Below are positions 22,201 through 33,556 of a stretch of 64,000 bases of DNA, piece by piece. The notes below the pieces were generated by a model. It was given only the letters and a program-made list of their open reading frames with translations. It ran no database searches and had not been told where the DNA came from. The DNA comes from Azolla caroliniana (taxonomy: Eukaryota > Plantae > Polypodiophyta), in assembly GCA_043228905.1 (NCBI GenBank), contig JBHGNT010000020.1, positions 15,624,001 through 15,688,000 on the forward strand, written 5' to 3'. Made by a program: the position numbers and the translations under genes. The number at the start of each line of letters is the position of its first letter. Position 1 is the first letter of the stretch.

Positions 22201-23389
22201 CCCAGGTCTAAAGAAACAAAAGAAAAGAACCAAGTCAGGAAACATCGAAACCCTAATTATTTCATGAACAACTTTAAAAAGGAAACCCTAAATCTGGCCT
22301 GACATGACCTGACCGACCCCGAGCGATCCAAATAAAAATTAAACCCTAATTTTGTACGTGCCTCTGTTTCTACCTTCTCTCTCTCTCTCTGTGTGTGTGT
22401 GTGTTCGAGATAGAAAGATAGGCATCTGTCTATGGCTATTGTGAACAGATCTGTGAGGAGGGGCTATGGTGGTTGTTGATTTATGATGATCTTCCACCCC
22501 TCTCTCTTCATCCACTGAAGAGCGATGTGCGATCTGCTCCAGCAGAGGCCGCCTCAGGTTGAAGATTCAGATTTTCTTGGTATGTTACCTTTGAATCACT
22601 GTACTTGCACCTTTGTTTGATGCTTAAATCTTTCATGGATTTGAAAACCCAAAAACTCACTGCTTGATTTGAAAAGCCCCAATTTTTTGCTTGACTTCGG
22701 AAACCAGAACTAGATAGAATGCACCATTCATAGATAAAAGTCATAGAATGCCATATCTTCTCCACTGTTAAATGCTCATATACGTATGTATGTGTATATA
22801 TGTATATATAATTTAACAAATAGACACATACGCATACACATACATTTACATATGCACCCGCACCTTCATACACATGCATACATTTACATTTACATGCAGG
22901 CAAGATTACATCGCATTCTCCGTATTTGTTGAGTTTTTGCTATCTATCTTATCATTTTAGTTAGTTGTGACAGCTCTTCCATATTAGTAGATTTTTTGCT
23001 ATCCATCTTATCTCTACAAGCACTTTCTAAATAGCCTTGGGAAACATGTTAAATTTCTCCATTCCTTGAAATTATGCTGTGCTCTGTTTTATCTTTGGTG
23101 TTTGGTGTGGGCAAATCAAATATGATCCTTGAAATTTTGATAGTGCAATATCTTAAGTTTGTACATCCAACAAAATTTAAATTACCATTCTTTTGTTTGC
23201 TTTAACCATGTATTAATCTCACATCAATTCTTGCTCTCACATGGAAATGAACGAACAAATTGGGTGCATTGAGTCTTGCTCATTTTAACACATCTCCTCA
23301 TTTTATGACAACAATTTAATATTGACTATTTAGTTTTTAATCATATTAGTATCTTGCACAACGAATATCCTTCACAGATAGGAGTCGAC

Positions 23390-23770
23390 AAGGACTTGGT
23401 TCAAGCCTAAACTGAGCTGTTAAAACCGTTGAAGGTTTTGGGGGTTTGATGGCTTGGTTCAAGCCTAAGCCAAGCTGTTAAAATTGTTCTTGAAGCGTTT
23501 GGGGGTTTGATGGTTTGGTTCCGCATGGTTAGGCTTGGTTCAAATCTACACAAAGCTGTTAAAACTGTTTTCAAAGGGTTGGGGGGTTTTGCTCAGTTTG
23601 GTTTAGGCTTACGTTTTCTAAACCAATTTGGGCTTGGTTTGGCAAGGTTCAAGCCAAACCAAATTGGATTGGACCAAATCGGTTAAGGCTAAACAGCTTG
23701 TCCACCACGAATTCCTAAGTTGGTGTGGTTCAAGTTTGGTGCCAAACCAGTTAAGCCTAAACTGAATTGA
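23390..23770. repeat. Degenerate ~60-bp subrepeats rich in GGTTT/AAACC motifs, possibly a non-autonomous DNA transposon relic
   Basis: Three copies of cttggttcaa...gctgttaaaa...gggggttt; similar motif style at 44460-44740 and 21760-21780. Confidence 0.45.
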
Positions 23771-24219
23771 TGTTGATTCTTATTCATAGATCAGAAATGG
23801 CCCCCTAAACAACCATTGCTATTCATTTCGAAATACATAACAATATTGCATAGGTTCAATTGAAGATAAATTTGGTATTGACCTTGCCAAAAAATATATG
23901 CACAAATGTGAAGTTCTAGTGCCCAAGAAATTTAACAAATGAGAGTAAGTATATTTTTATATCCTAGGCTCTAGCGTTTATGAAGGTTCGTTATGGATCA
24001 TAAAAAAATGACTGTATTTTCTTTACATTGGTTTGCTTGTACTCAATTTGCGGAACTACATACTCACACGCTCAAATCTATAATTGAAAAGGGCAAACAT
24101 TTAAAAAACGGCCCATTCATTCCAAAAGGTATTGCAACTACCAATTGACCAAACAATCAAGCCAAAAGTATGTCTCCAATCATCTTGGCAATTCGACATG
24201 TACTAGAAAACAGATATCG

Positions 24220-24644
24220 ATAAAGAATAGGGATCAATTGAAACACAAAAAGGGAATATAAGGTTTTTCATCAAATTCAATATGATTTTTTCTTACAACA
24301 TGGCAAGATCTAATGGGAAAAAACAAAAGACCACCTCTCCTTCCATATAAGATCAAGAAGGTAAATTGATTTTACTTCTCATAGTTTTCCCCAATTCATT
24401 CAACCAATTCAATGTATAATCTTTCATACGATCCATAAAGAATAGGGATCAATTGAAACACAAAAAGGGAATATAAGTTTTTTCATCAAATTCAATATGA
24501 TTTTTTCTTACAACATGGCAAGTTCTAATGGGAAAAAACAAAAGACCACCTCTCTTTCCATATAAGATCAAGAAGGTAAATTGATTTTACTTCTCATAGT
24601 TTTCCCCAATTCATTCAACCAATTCAATGTATAATCTTTCATAC
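24220..24644 (+). repeat. Tandem duplication of a ~215-bp AT-rich unit
   Basis: ataaagaatagggatcaattgaaac...ctttcatac at 24220-24429 and 24436-24644 with few mismatches; diverged partial third copy near 24720. Confidence 0.9.
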
Positions 24645-27285
24645 AATCTACCTATTTAGACAATATCATCATGTTTCCAACGTTGGTTACATAAACCTCC
24701 CACATATTACAATTTTGTTTCTATAGTTTCCCCAATTTATTCAACATATTCAAAGTATAATGTTCCATACCATGTACTTAACTATGACAAATATCATCAT
24801 GATTCCTAGGTTATATTGCCCTTCAACATCTATTTCTTGGTCTATTCATTAGACAAGAATGACCTTTATGTTGACTACACCTATGGTATTAGTGAAGTCA
24901 CAAGCAAATTTATTTTGGTATGTTTTCATGACACTAACTATATATCCCTATGTGATGCTCTAACTAAGAGTTGTTCAAAAACATCATACTTTCTCAATTT
25001 GTGTCAAGTTCATAATTAGATGTGGACTCTACCCTTATATTGATGACGCTTATTAAGATTATCACCTTTGTATAACCACTCTCCCAATCGCACTTAAATC
25101 AAGACTCATCAACTTCATTGAAAAGACTGAATTCATGTTTAATTGGATTAATTGCAAGTGTGCAACATTTCACATAGTGTTGAAAATACATTATCTATTC
25201 TCATGCCTGTTGTATGTATGTATGTGTGTATGTATGGCATTTTCAACATGCTCATATTGCCTACTCCAATACATGAAAGAGAGGGAGTACAAGATTGTTT
25301 TCACAATAGCACTTTACCACTTATATAAGCCAAAAATTATATTGTGAAAATTGTTCAACAAAATACACTACAAAAATTATGCACCATACACAAAATTTTT
25401 ATAATGGAAAACCCTCAAGGAGGTAAAAACCATGCATTTGTATACCAAAGTTGTACTCTAAATATATAAGAGTACTATCATCTATGTAAAGAGGAAGGGG
25501 TAAATTTTGTCTTTAAACCCAACTAAAAAGACACAAAAACCACCTGAGACTCACAGTGGATGGACTAAACCCCCCATTGAACATGAGCTAAATTTTTAGG
25601 CCCATGTTGATTGGTCAATGGCTAGAACAAATTTTACCGTGTGGTGTTCTTGTATCTATATACTCAAGAACTTTACTCAAAGACTTGTGTATTACATTTC
25701 TATTATTACACTTCTATTGTTTTCATCGATAAACCCAAAACGCTTAGTTCTTGGTCATGTGGTAAGAAGTAGGCCATGTTTGGCTTTACAAAACCATTGT
25801 AACCATTTTATGAAAACCATTACTAAACGATGGTCAAGAATCAAGATTATCTTACCAAAAACTAACCATGGGTTTACTTGTTTTCATTTATTGGAGGGAG
25901 AGAGAAAGAGACAACATAAGAAGGTTTTTTTTATTCATTTCTCTTCTCCTTCATAAGTTGTTTCTCTCTCTCTCTCTCTCTCTCTAGTGTGAACAGATCC
26001 GCGAACCTAATCCTAGCCCTAACTCTATGGGTAGCCAAAACTCTTAACAGTAAACCTAATCCTAACTCGATACCTAACCCTAGCTCTAGCACTAAACCAA
26101 AAAACTAAGCCTTGGGGGACATGTCAAACGCATACTCTCAAGTTTTAACAAGTGGGCAATCATCAACATATGGATCTATCATCTTTCAAGAAAAAAGACA
26201 AGGCTCAAAGTCCCACATCTATGACTAGGAAGGTCAAATACTTAAAAAAGAATATGGTTCAAAAAACCATCTATTTAATCTAAAAAGCGGAATATGTGTC
26301 CAAAAATAAGTGAGGTTCAATGCACTTGATTTGTTCATTTATTGAAGATGATAGTGAGAATTGAAGATGATAGTGAGAATTGATGGGCTTGGAGTACATA
26401 ATTATAAACTTTGTATTCGTATATTAAATTTAGACACACAAGCTACTCAAATAACCATCTACTTTCACCTTGGGTTTTGACCCCTGATCGAAAGAATACT
26501 TTTTAAGGGACAAAGTGTTTAATCAAAGAATGGCAATCCATTGGCACTACAACCGGCAACACTTCAATATGTACTGATTGTTGAGTTTTAAATCTAATCG
26601 CTTATCTTACGCAACAAATAATATTATCCTTCACAAGGAAAGCTCCTTTGAAAGACATTCACCTCTCTTTCGGACAAAAAAAAAACAGACTTTTGGACAT
26701 TTGTAGTTAAAAAGGGGGACAAAAACACATGATCCAAATCAAGACAATAATCCATACATATATTGATCAAAACAAGATCCAAACTTTTTTGTATTCTGAT
26801 TAAGATCCCATATATGGAAAATAAATGAATGAATAAATAAATAAATAAATAAATAAAAGCAAATACTATAAAAGTAGAAACGAAAAAAATTATGAAACAG
26901 ATTTCATGAGGAAAAGTTAATATGGAAAAAGAACGAGCCTGTAACGATGTAAACCCAAATCAAGATATTCCAAGGAGTGTACCGATTAATGAACACACAG
27001 GAAAAAGGATCCGCTTCGAAACATAGAAGAAATGGAGCCAAAGGTATGACACAATCTCAATTTAATCAAGCCTCAACATCAGTTAGCTTCACTTAACTCG
27101 AATTTAATAAAATGTTCGAATACATTAAACGCCAAAATTATAACTAATGGAAAGATGGAAGGAGTTACTTTGGGGGAAAAAAAACAAAAATCGCTTATAC
27201 AAACACCAAATTAGAGCGATCATATTAACTCATCAAACTTTACTCAAGAAATCCCTATCTTCTGATGGAAAACCTTTTTCACCTC

Positions 27286-27555
27286 CTAAATCGGGCGATC
27301 CACGACAGCGATGGCACCATTGACATCGATGACAAACATATTGGCAAGGATGTGAGTGACATGTAGGCGGGAGCCATTGGCGCATAAGATGTAGAGCTCT
27401 TCGCCAGGCCTTGGGAGACTGAAAATCTTACTGGATTTGGGATGGATATCCATGTCCATGTTGGCATTAATCTGCAGGTTAATGCGGTTCATGATCTCTG
27501 CCTTGCAAGGGCTTCGGGTTGTATTGTGGATGGTCATGGTCCTGGCCATGGCCAT
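27286..27555 (-). CDS. Candidate intronless 89-aa protein of unknown function
   Basis: GC-richer ORF in AT-rich flanks; ATG in tccATGGcc context; TATAAATA at 27633-27626; AT-rich 3' flank; no transposon motifs. Confidence 0.6.
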   Translation of the reverse strand: MAMARTMTIHNTTRSPCKAEIMNRINLQINANMDMDIHPKSSKIFSLPRPGEELYILCANGSRLHVTHILANMFVIDVNGAIAVVDRPI

Positions 27556-28898
27556 GGATTTGCAAGGGCTTAATGGAATGGAAGGCAGTGGAGTGTTTCT
27601 ATAATGCCATGGTCATTTACGTGCGTATTTATATGAGACATACATACCCACCCGGCCTGGCCTTCATTTAATGCGATTTGTTCCTACTCTTGTTGCAAAA
27701 AAGCAAAGGTTTGTGGGTTGGCCTCTGGCCTTCATTCAATGCGATTACCACCTTTTGGCTCCTCTCTTGTTGCAAAAAAGCAAATGTTCCTTTAACAAGA
27801 GCATTTCTATAATGCCAGATCATCATTTACGAAAGGTATTGTTTTTATTGTCGCACTCTCTATTGGCAATATAATTAGACACAAAGACAATCGTTTGAAA
27901 GCCATATGGGTAGAGGTTCGTAATGAGTTATAGCAAGTTTAATTTGGTGATTTGCTCTAGAGGTTGCAATAGAAATTAAGATATATGCATAGATATACTC
28001 AACACTCATGTTTGGTCTTCCTATTGTCTTTTTAATGTTGGATATCTGTTTGTGGTGGGGTGAGGAAACAAGAATTGTCGTAGGTGTAATTCTCGTGCAA
28101 GGATTCCATCTCATCTTGCATCGCGCTCAGCCATTTCTCTCTGTGCTCGTCGGCAATGGCTTCTTCATAGCACTCCGGTTCACCTTCATCAATCAAGAGG
28201 ATGTGTTGACTAGCATATGTTGTCGGTGCTTTCACTTCTCTGAGTGGGTATCTCCTTCCACTCGTTGTTGGCTCTCTTTCGGATGTCTTTGCCAACTCTT
28301 CTCTCTGCTCGGGTTCCTGCACGTCAATCAGCATCTCTAAGTTGGACGACTCCAACTCATACTCTTCAATTGACCTTAGCAGCTTTGTTGACTCTGACTC
28401 ATAGTCGGTCGATCTCTCCGAGTTGACTGACTTGGATTCAGATGTGCCGAATGACCGTATTATAGATCTTGGTACTAACGTAAGCTTAAGATAAGGATAA
28501 TGAAAAGATAGATAGAAAGGAGAAAGAGAAAGAAGGGTGCCGATCCACCCGACCACCCCCGAGCGAAGGGATCGAGACGGACTCGAGGCTCGATCGGCGT
28601 CCCATACCACCGCCGTGGCGTCGAGTCGTACCTGGTGCTGGCGCGCTCGCTACAAGAGTTGACCCACCACACGAGCAGAGTCTCGATGTAGTCAAAAGAT
28701 GATCAAATGAGGGTAGCTAGGCCTCTTATTTATAGCGATACCCAAGGCCCCCAGGCAAGTTCACACTTGACCTAATGGGTTGTCTCAATCCCGAGGATTA
28801 AAAGTAATCCTCCCCTTCTTTACACTCTCGTTTAACCCTCACACTTATCTACGTGTATAGAATACTACGGTAAATTCTTACCACGGGATATTATATGG

Positions 28899-31800
28899 TC
28901 ATGCCCGTAACATACTCCCCCTCTTTAAAACATTGCACTCTTGCAATGGAAAGTTAGGGAAGTTAGTTCTAAGAGTATTTTCGCGTTCCCATGTGGCATC
29001 TTTTATTGATTTATCCATCCATTTTATTTTAAATTCTCGGATTTCTTTAGTACGTAATTTTTTTGTTTTAACATCGAGAATTCTTTCTGGTACATGTGGT
29101 TTAGAAGATAATTCTTCAGAAGTAACCAGAGTTTCAGTCGTAACTGTATTGTCGCCAGAACCTAGAAGTTCTTTTAGACGACTCACATGAAAGACTGGAT
29201 GAATTCCGACACCATCGGGAAGAGCGAGACGATAGGCTGATGACCCAATTCGTTTGAGGACTGTAAAAGGTCCACAAAACCGTGGGGCTAACTTAGTGCA
29301 CTTACCCGTAGACAATGTCTTAGAATTGTGAGGTACACGTAAAAATACCTTCTGTCCAGGGTTGAATACACGAGGTTGCCTATGATGATCGGCATAAAAA
29401 CGCGCTCTATCTTGAGCTGTTTTTATATTATCTCGTGCAATATGCAACATATCTTGCATATCCCGAAGAAAGTTTTGCGTACTTCGCAACTCATCATGAT
29501 GTATATTACATCAATCGGGGCTCGTGGCTGAAAACCATACATCAACATAAAAGGACTATATCCCGTCGACGTATGCTTGGAGCTGTTATAAGCAAACTCC
29601 AAAATTGGGAGATAACGTTCCCATTTTGTTGGTTTTGCACCAACGTATGCTCGAAGCATGTCCTCAATAATTTGATTTACTCGTTCTGTCTGTCCATCGG
29701 ATTGAGGATGATCCGTGGAGCTCATGCTCAACGTAGTTTCTAACTTCTTAAAGACTTGTGTCCAGAAGTCACTAGTAAACTTTGGATCTCGATCACTCAC
29801 GATATCCATCGGTAACCCATAAAAACGAAACAATTCGTCAACAAATTGGTAAGCCAATTCAGGAGCTGTTACCGTGGTTTTAGTAGCAATAAATCTGGCC
29901 ATTTTAGTTAGTCGATCAACGACAACCCAGATGGCATCATGACCTTTTTGGGTGCGAGGAAGGCTAACAATAAAATCCATGCATATACTTTCCCACTTAT
30001 TATTGGGAATGTCCAAGGGATGTAAAAGTCCTGCGGCTTTAAGTTGCTCGGCTTTGTTAACCTGACACTGGTGACATTTAGTCACATAGCTATGTATGTC
30101 AGGACGCATCTTAGGCCAATAAAATTGAGTGGAGATGAGAACAAGTGTACGATGTATTCCAGGGTGCCCTGCTGAGGGTGCATCATGGCATTCAAAAAGA
30201 ATCCTCTTTTTGACCTCGGGTAAATCTGGAACACAAACCTTCCCATTACGGTAGAGCAAACCGTTAGCAATGTGGAAGTATTCCTTCAAGGATGTGGTGG
30301 TGTCTGTTCCAGACTCAACTCTAGCCCAGTATTTTGCGAAATAACTTTCATCAGGATACTTTCCTCGAAGGTGATCATAAAGATCTGATGATATTTCAGT
30401 GAAGCTAAGCGTGTTAACTTCACGGATGCGACTTAGTGCATCAGCGACAATGTTCATGGAACCTTTACGATATCGTATGGAAAAATCAAAGTCCTGGATG
30501 AGATCAGCCCATCGTGCCTTACGACCTTTCAGGTCTTGTTGGTCACAAAAATATTTCAAGGACTCGTGGTCCGTAGTTACCACAAAGTGATTTCCATAAA
30601 GATAATGGCGCCATGTTTTGAGCGCATGTATAACTGCAAATAATTCCTTTTCTTGAACGGTATACCGACATTGAGCAGAATCAAGTTTCTTACTCTCGAA
30701 TGCTATTGGTTTACCATCTTGATACAAGACAACACCTATAGCATAATCGCTTGCATCGGTTTCAACCTCAAAAGGTTTTGAAGGATCAGGTAAAAGAAGT
30801 GAAGGAGCCTTGCAAACTAGGTCCTTGAGTTCCTTAAATGCAAGGTCTAGTGTAGCATTCCACACAATAGGTTTTGTAGACTTACGCGTTTGACCTTTTA
30901 AAAGATCAGTAAACGGCATCGTCAATTGGGAGTAATTACGAAGAGACTTTCGCAAAAACCCCACAAAACCAAGGAATGATCGAACTTCTCGAATATTCCG
31001 AAGAGTGGGCCAAAGCTTGATTTTCTCAATGCGAGAAGGATCAATTTCAACTCCTCGTTCGGTTATGAGATGTCCTAGATAAGTAATTGATTTCTTGAAG
31101 AACTCACATTTTGAGATCTTCGCATAAAACTGTTTGTCACGCAATGTTTGTAAAACAAAGCGGACATGTCTAGCATGTTCTTGTAATGTACGGCTATAAA
31201 CTAAAATATCATCCAAGAAAATAACGACAAATTTTCCAAGTTGTTCTCGGAAAATGTCATTCATTTCTTGTTGAAAAGTAGCCGGAGCATTGGTCAAACC
31301 AAAAGGCATAACCAAAAACTCGTAATGGCCATAGCGCGTACGAAATGCCGTTTTAGGAACATCGTCCTCACTTATTTGTATTTGATGGTAGCCAGTACGG
31401 AGATCAAGTTTCGTAAAATACCGAGCTCCCTGGAGACGGTCAATTAGATCGTCAGCCCGGGGCAATGGATACGAATTCTTGATCGTCACTTTATTCAAGC
31501 GTCGGTAATTAATACACATACGCCATGTGCCCTCTTTCTTTTTAACCAAGAGAACTGGTGCACCCCATGGAGATTTACTATAACGTATATAACCCATTCG
31601 TAAATAGTCCTTGAGTTGCTTAGATACCTCATCTTCTTCGGATCGACTTAAGCGATACGGAGGTATACTTATTGGTGCAACACCAGGTACAATATCTATA
31701 CGATGGTCTATATTACGTTTAGGAGGTAACCCATCAGGTAGTTCACTTGGAAAAACATCATGAAAATCATTTAAGATTTCATCAAGTTGTTGTTGTTCAA

Positions 31801-32847
31801 AATATGTTAATTGAATCGGGACATTATTGATATTGTAAACGTGAATGTCCGGATCAAGTACACAATAAAATAACGTAGAACAAGACAACTCGGATATTGA
31901 TGGACACGAGGAAACAATCGAGAGGGATTGTTTTTTTACACATTGAATAAAATGCGTACAATCGTTCAGTACAAAAGAAATGGAATGACGAACCCAATCA
32001 ATAAATAAAGAAGAGTTTTTATTATAAAACCAGGGATAACCCAGTATTACATCTGTGGTACAAAGATTCATTACATGGAAGTCTACTTCCTCTATATAAG
32101 TATCAATAGAAATTCCTAATGAATGAATCGCCCCGTTGATGTATTGTACTCTTCCATCAGCCAAGTGCACCGTGTAGGTGTGATCACTTACGGTGGGTTG
32201 GATTCCCCATATCTGAACCAAACGATCATTCACAAAATTGTGTGAGCTTCCCGAATCAAATAAAAATTGTACGGGAGATCCATTGATATACCCGTTTGCA
32301 CGTAGTAAATCATTGGGACCCAATACATAGTGAGGAAAAGAACATTGACAATTACTTAAATGGTGTGTATAGACCTGAAGGACATTAGGAATCTGACCTT
32401 TATGGTCTGCAGCTTTAGCTTTGTTGTCGTGCTCTTTCCGTTGGAGCTTTCGACATTGATCTTTTGTATGACCCTTCTTTTTGCAGAATACACAAAAAGG
32501 ATGTTGTCGCTTACAATCGCGATCCAGGAATTCGTTGGGTGTCTTGCGTTTCCCAACAAATTGCGGCTGCTTAGTCCCGGGCGCTTCGTTGGGTTTGTTA
32601 TGGTCCTTCTTCGAAGTGCGTTGATAGCGAAGAACTATTTCAACGGCCTCTTCGAAGGATTTTGGATCCTTATCGTGCGCTATCCAGTGATAGTCCGAAT
32701 TGGGGATGCCATTGACAAAACAAGCTATCAACCAATTGTCCCCTTCTAGACCCGATTTTTGGATTTGGGTTCTAGCATGGTGAACATAGTCCTCTAGCGA
32801 GGAAAATTTCCTGCTAGAGAGGTTCATTAAAGCTTGTGCTACCTCGG
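28899..32847 (-). pseudogene. Chromovirus E gag C-part, protease, RT, RNase H, integrase and chromodomain; one frameshift near 29500
   Basis: ORF 29423-32947: [61 protein letters not shown] 28899-29489: GPF motif and chromodomain (PERILDVK...FKIKW...DATWE). Confidence 0.93.
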
Positions 32848-33327
32848 TGTTGAGAATCAGATCTTCCGATTCACCTTCACCACTCGGCCACAACCGAGAA
32901 ATCTCCGAATCAATGGAGCAGAAAATAGGAAATACAGAGAAAGACACGATACACAGGGATTAACGTGGAAAACCCTATACGGGAAAAACCACGGGAGTGC
33001 GAGACTCCAAACCAAACTATGCACAGAGAAATATACAATGGCGAGCTGCAAGGCAACGACCTTGCGCTCGCTTTCTTCGCCACAGGCGGCGGTATTACAC
33101 AGAGGCGTCGACCTCTTCCTCTCTCACGCTCTATCTCGGCTGCTCTCACTTCGCTCCCTCTTAGTGGAAAAACAGAAAATGAGCAACAACAGACTTAACT
33201 GTTAGCCCTAAGTCATATTTATACACATATGACTTTCGGGCTATTTACAAATATAGCCTCAAGGGCTCTTGGCAAACATATTCACAAATATTTCTCCGCA
33301 TCCGGATCTCTCTCCGGGTACATTCGT

Positions 33328-33485
33328 CATCCGGCTCCGTAACCGGGGTCTTCATCATCCGGCTCCGTAGCCGGGGTCTTCATCATCCGGCTCCGTAACC
33401 GGGGTCTTCATCATCCGGCTCCGTAACCGGGGTCTTCATCATCCGGCTCCGTAACCGGGGTCTTCATCATCCGGCTCCGTAACCG
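33328..33485. repeat. 28-bp tandem repeat in U3 of the Copia F LTR (5 full units plus a partial here; 4 plus a partial at 38141-38270)
   Basis: Unit catccggctccgtaaccggggtcttcat. Confidence 0.95.
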
Positions 33486-33556
33486 CAACCGGGCTTGCCG
33501 TCATTCATCTCCGGACATCCCATCCGGAGGGACCGAAATCCCAACAAACTCCCCCT

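Noticed and set aside
22508-22903. 131-aa ORF
   Set aside because: Largely low-complexity (AT/AC microsatellite) translation with no recognisable domain.
25170-25620. Possible old solo LTR (ggaaaaccct...aaaaacca motif near 25405-25431)
   Set aside because: Termini and TSD could not be defined.
32848-32947. N-terminus MSFSVFPIF... of the 1174-aa ORF as the true gag start
   Set aside because: It derives from the inserted Copia LTR and starts at GTG; the real gag continues at 38337 and beyond (KAAAWWRGL...SRTE|VAQAL).
33328-33485. 28-bp direct repeats as a possible CRISPR array
   Set aside because: There are no spacers; the repeats are contiguous and lie inside a eukaryotic LTR.
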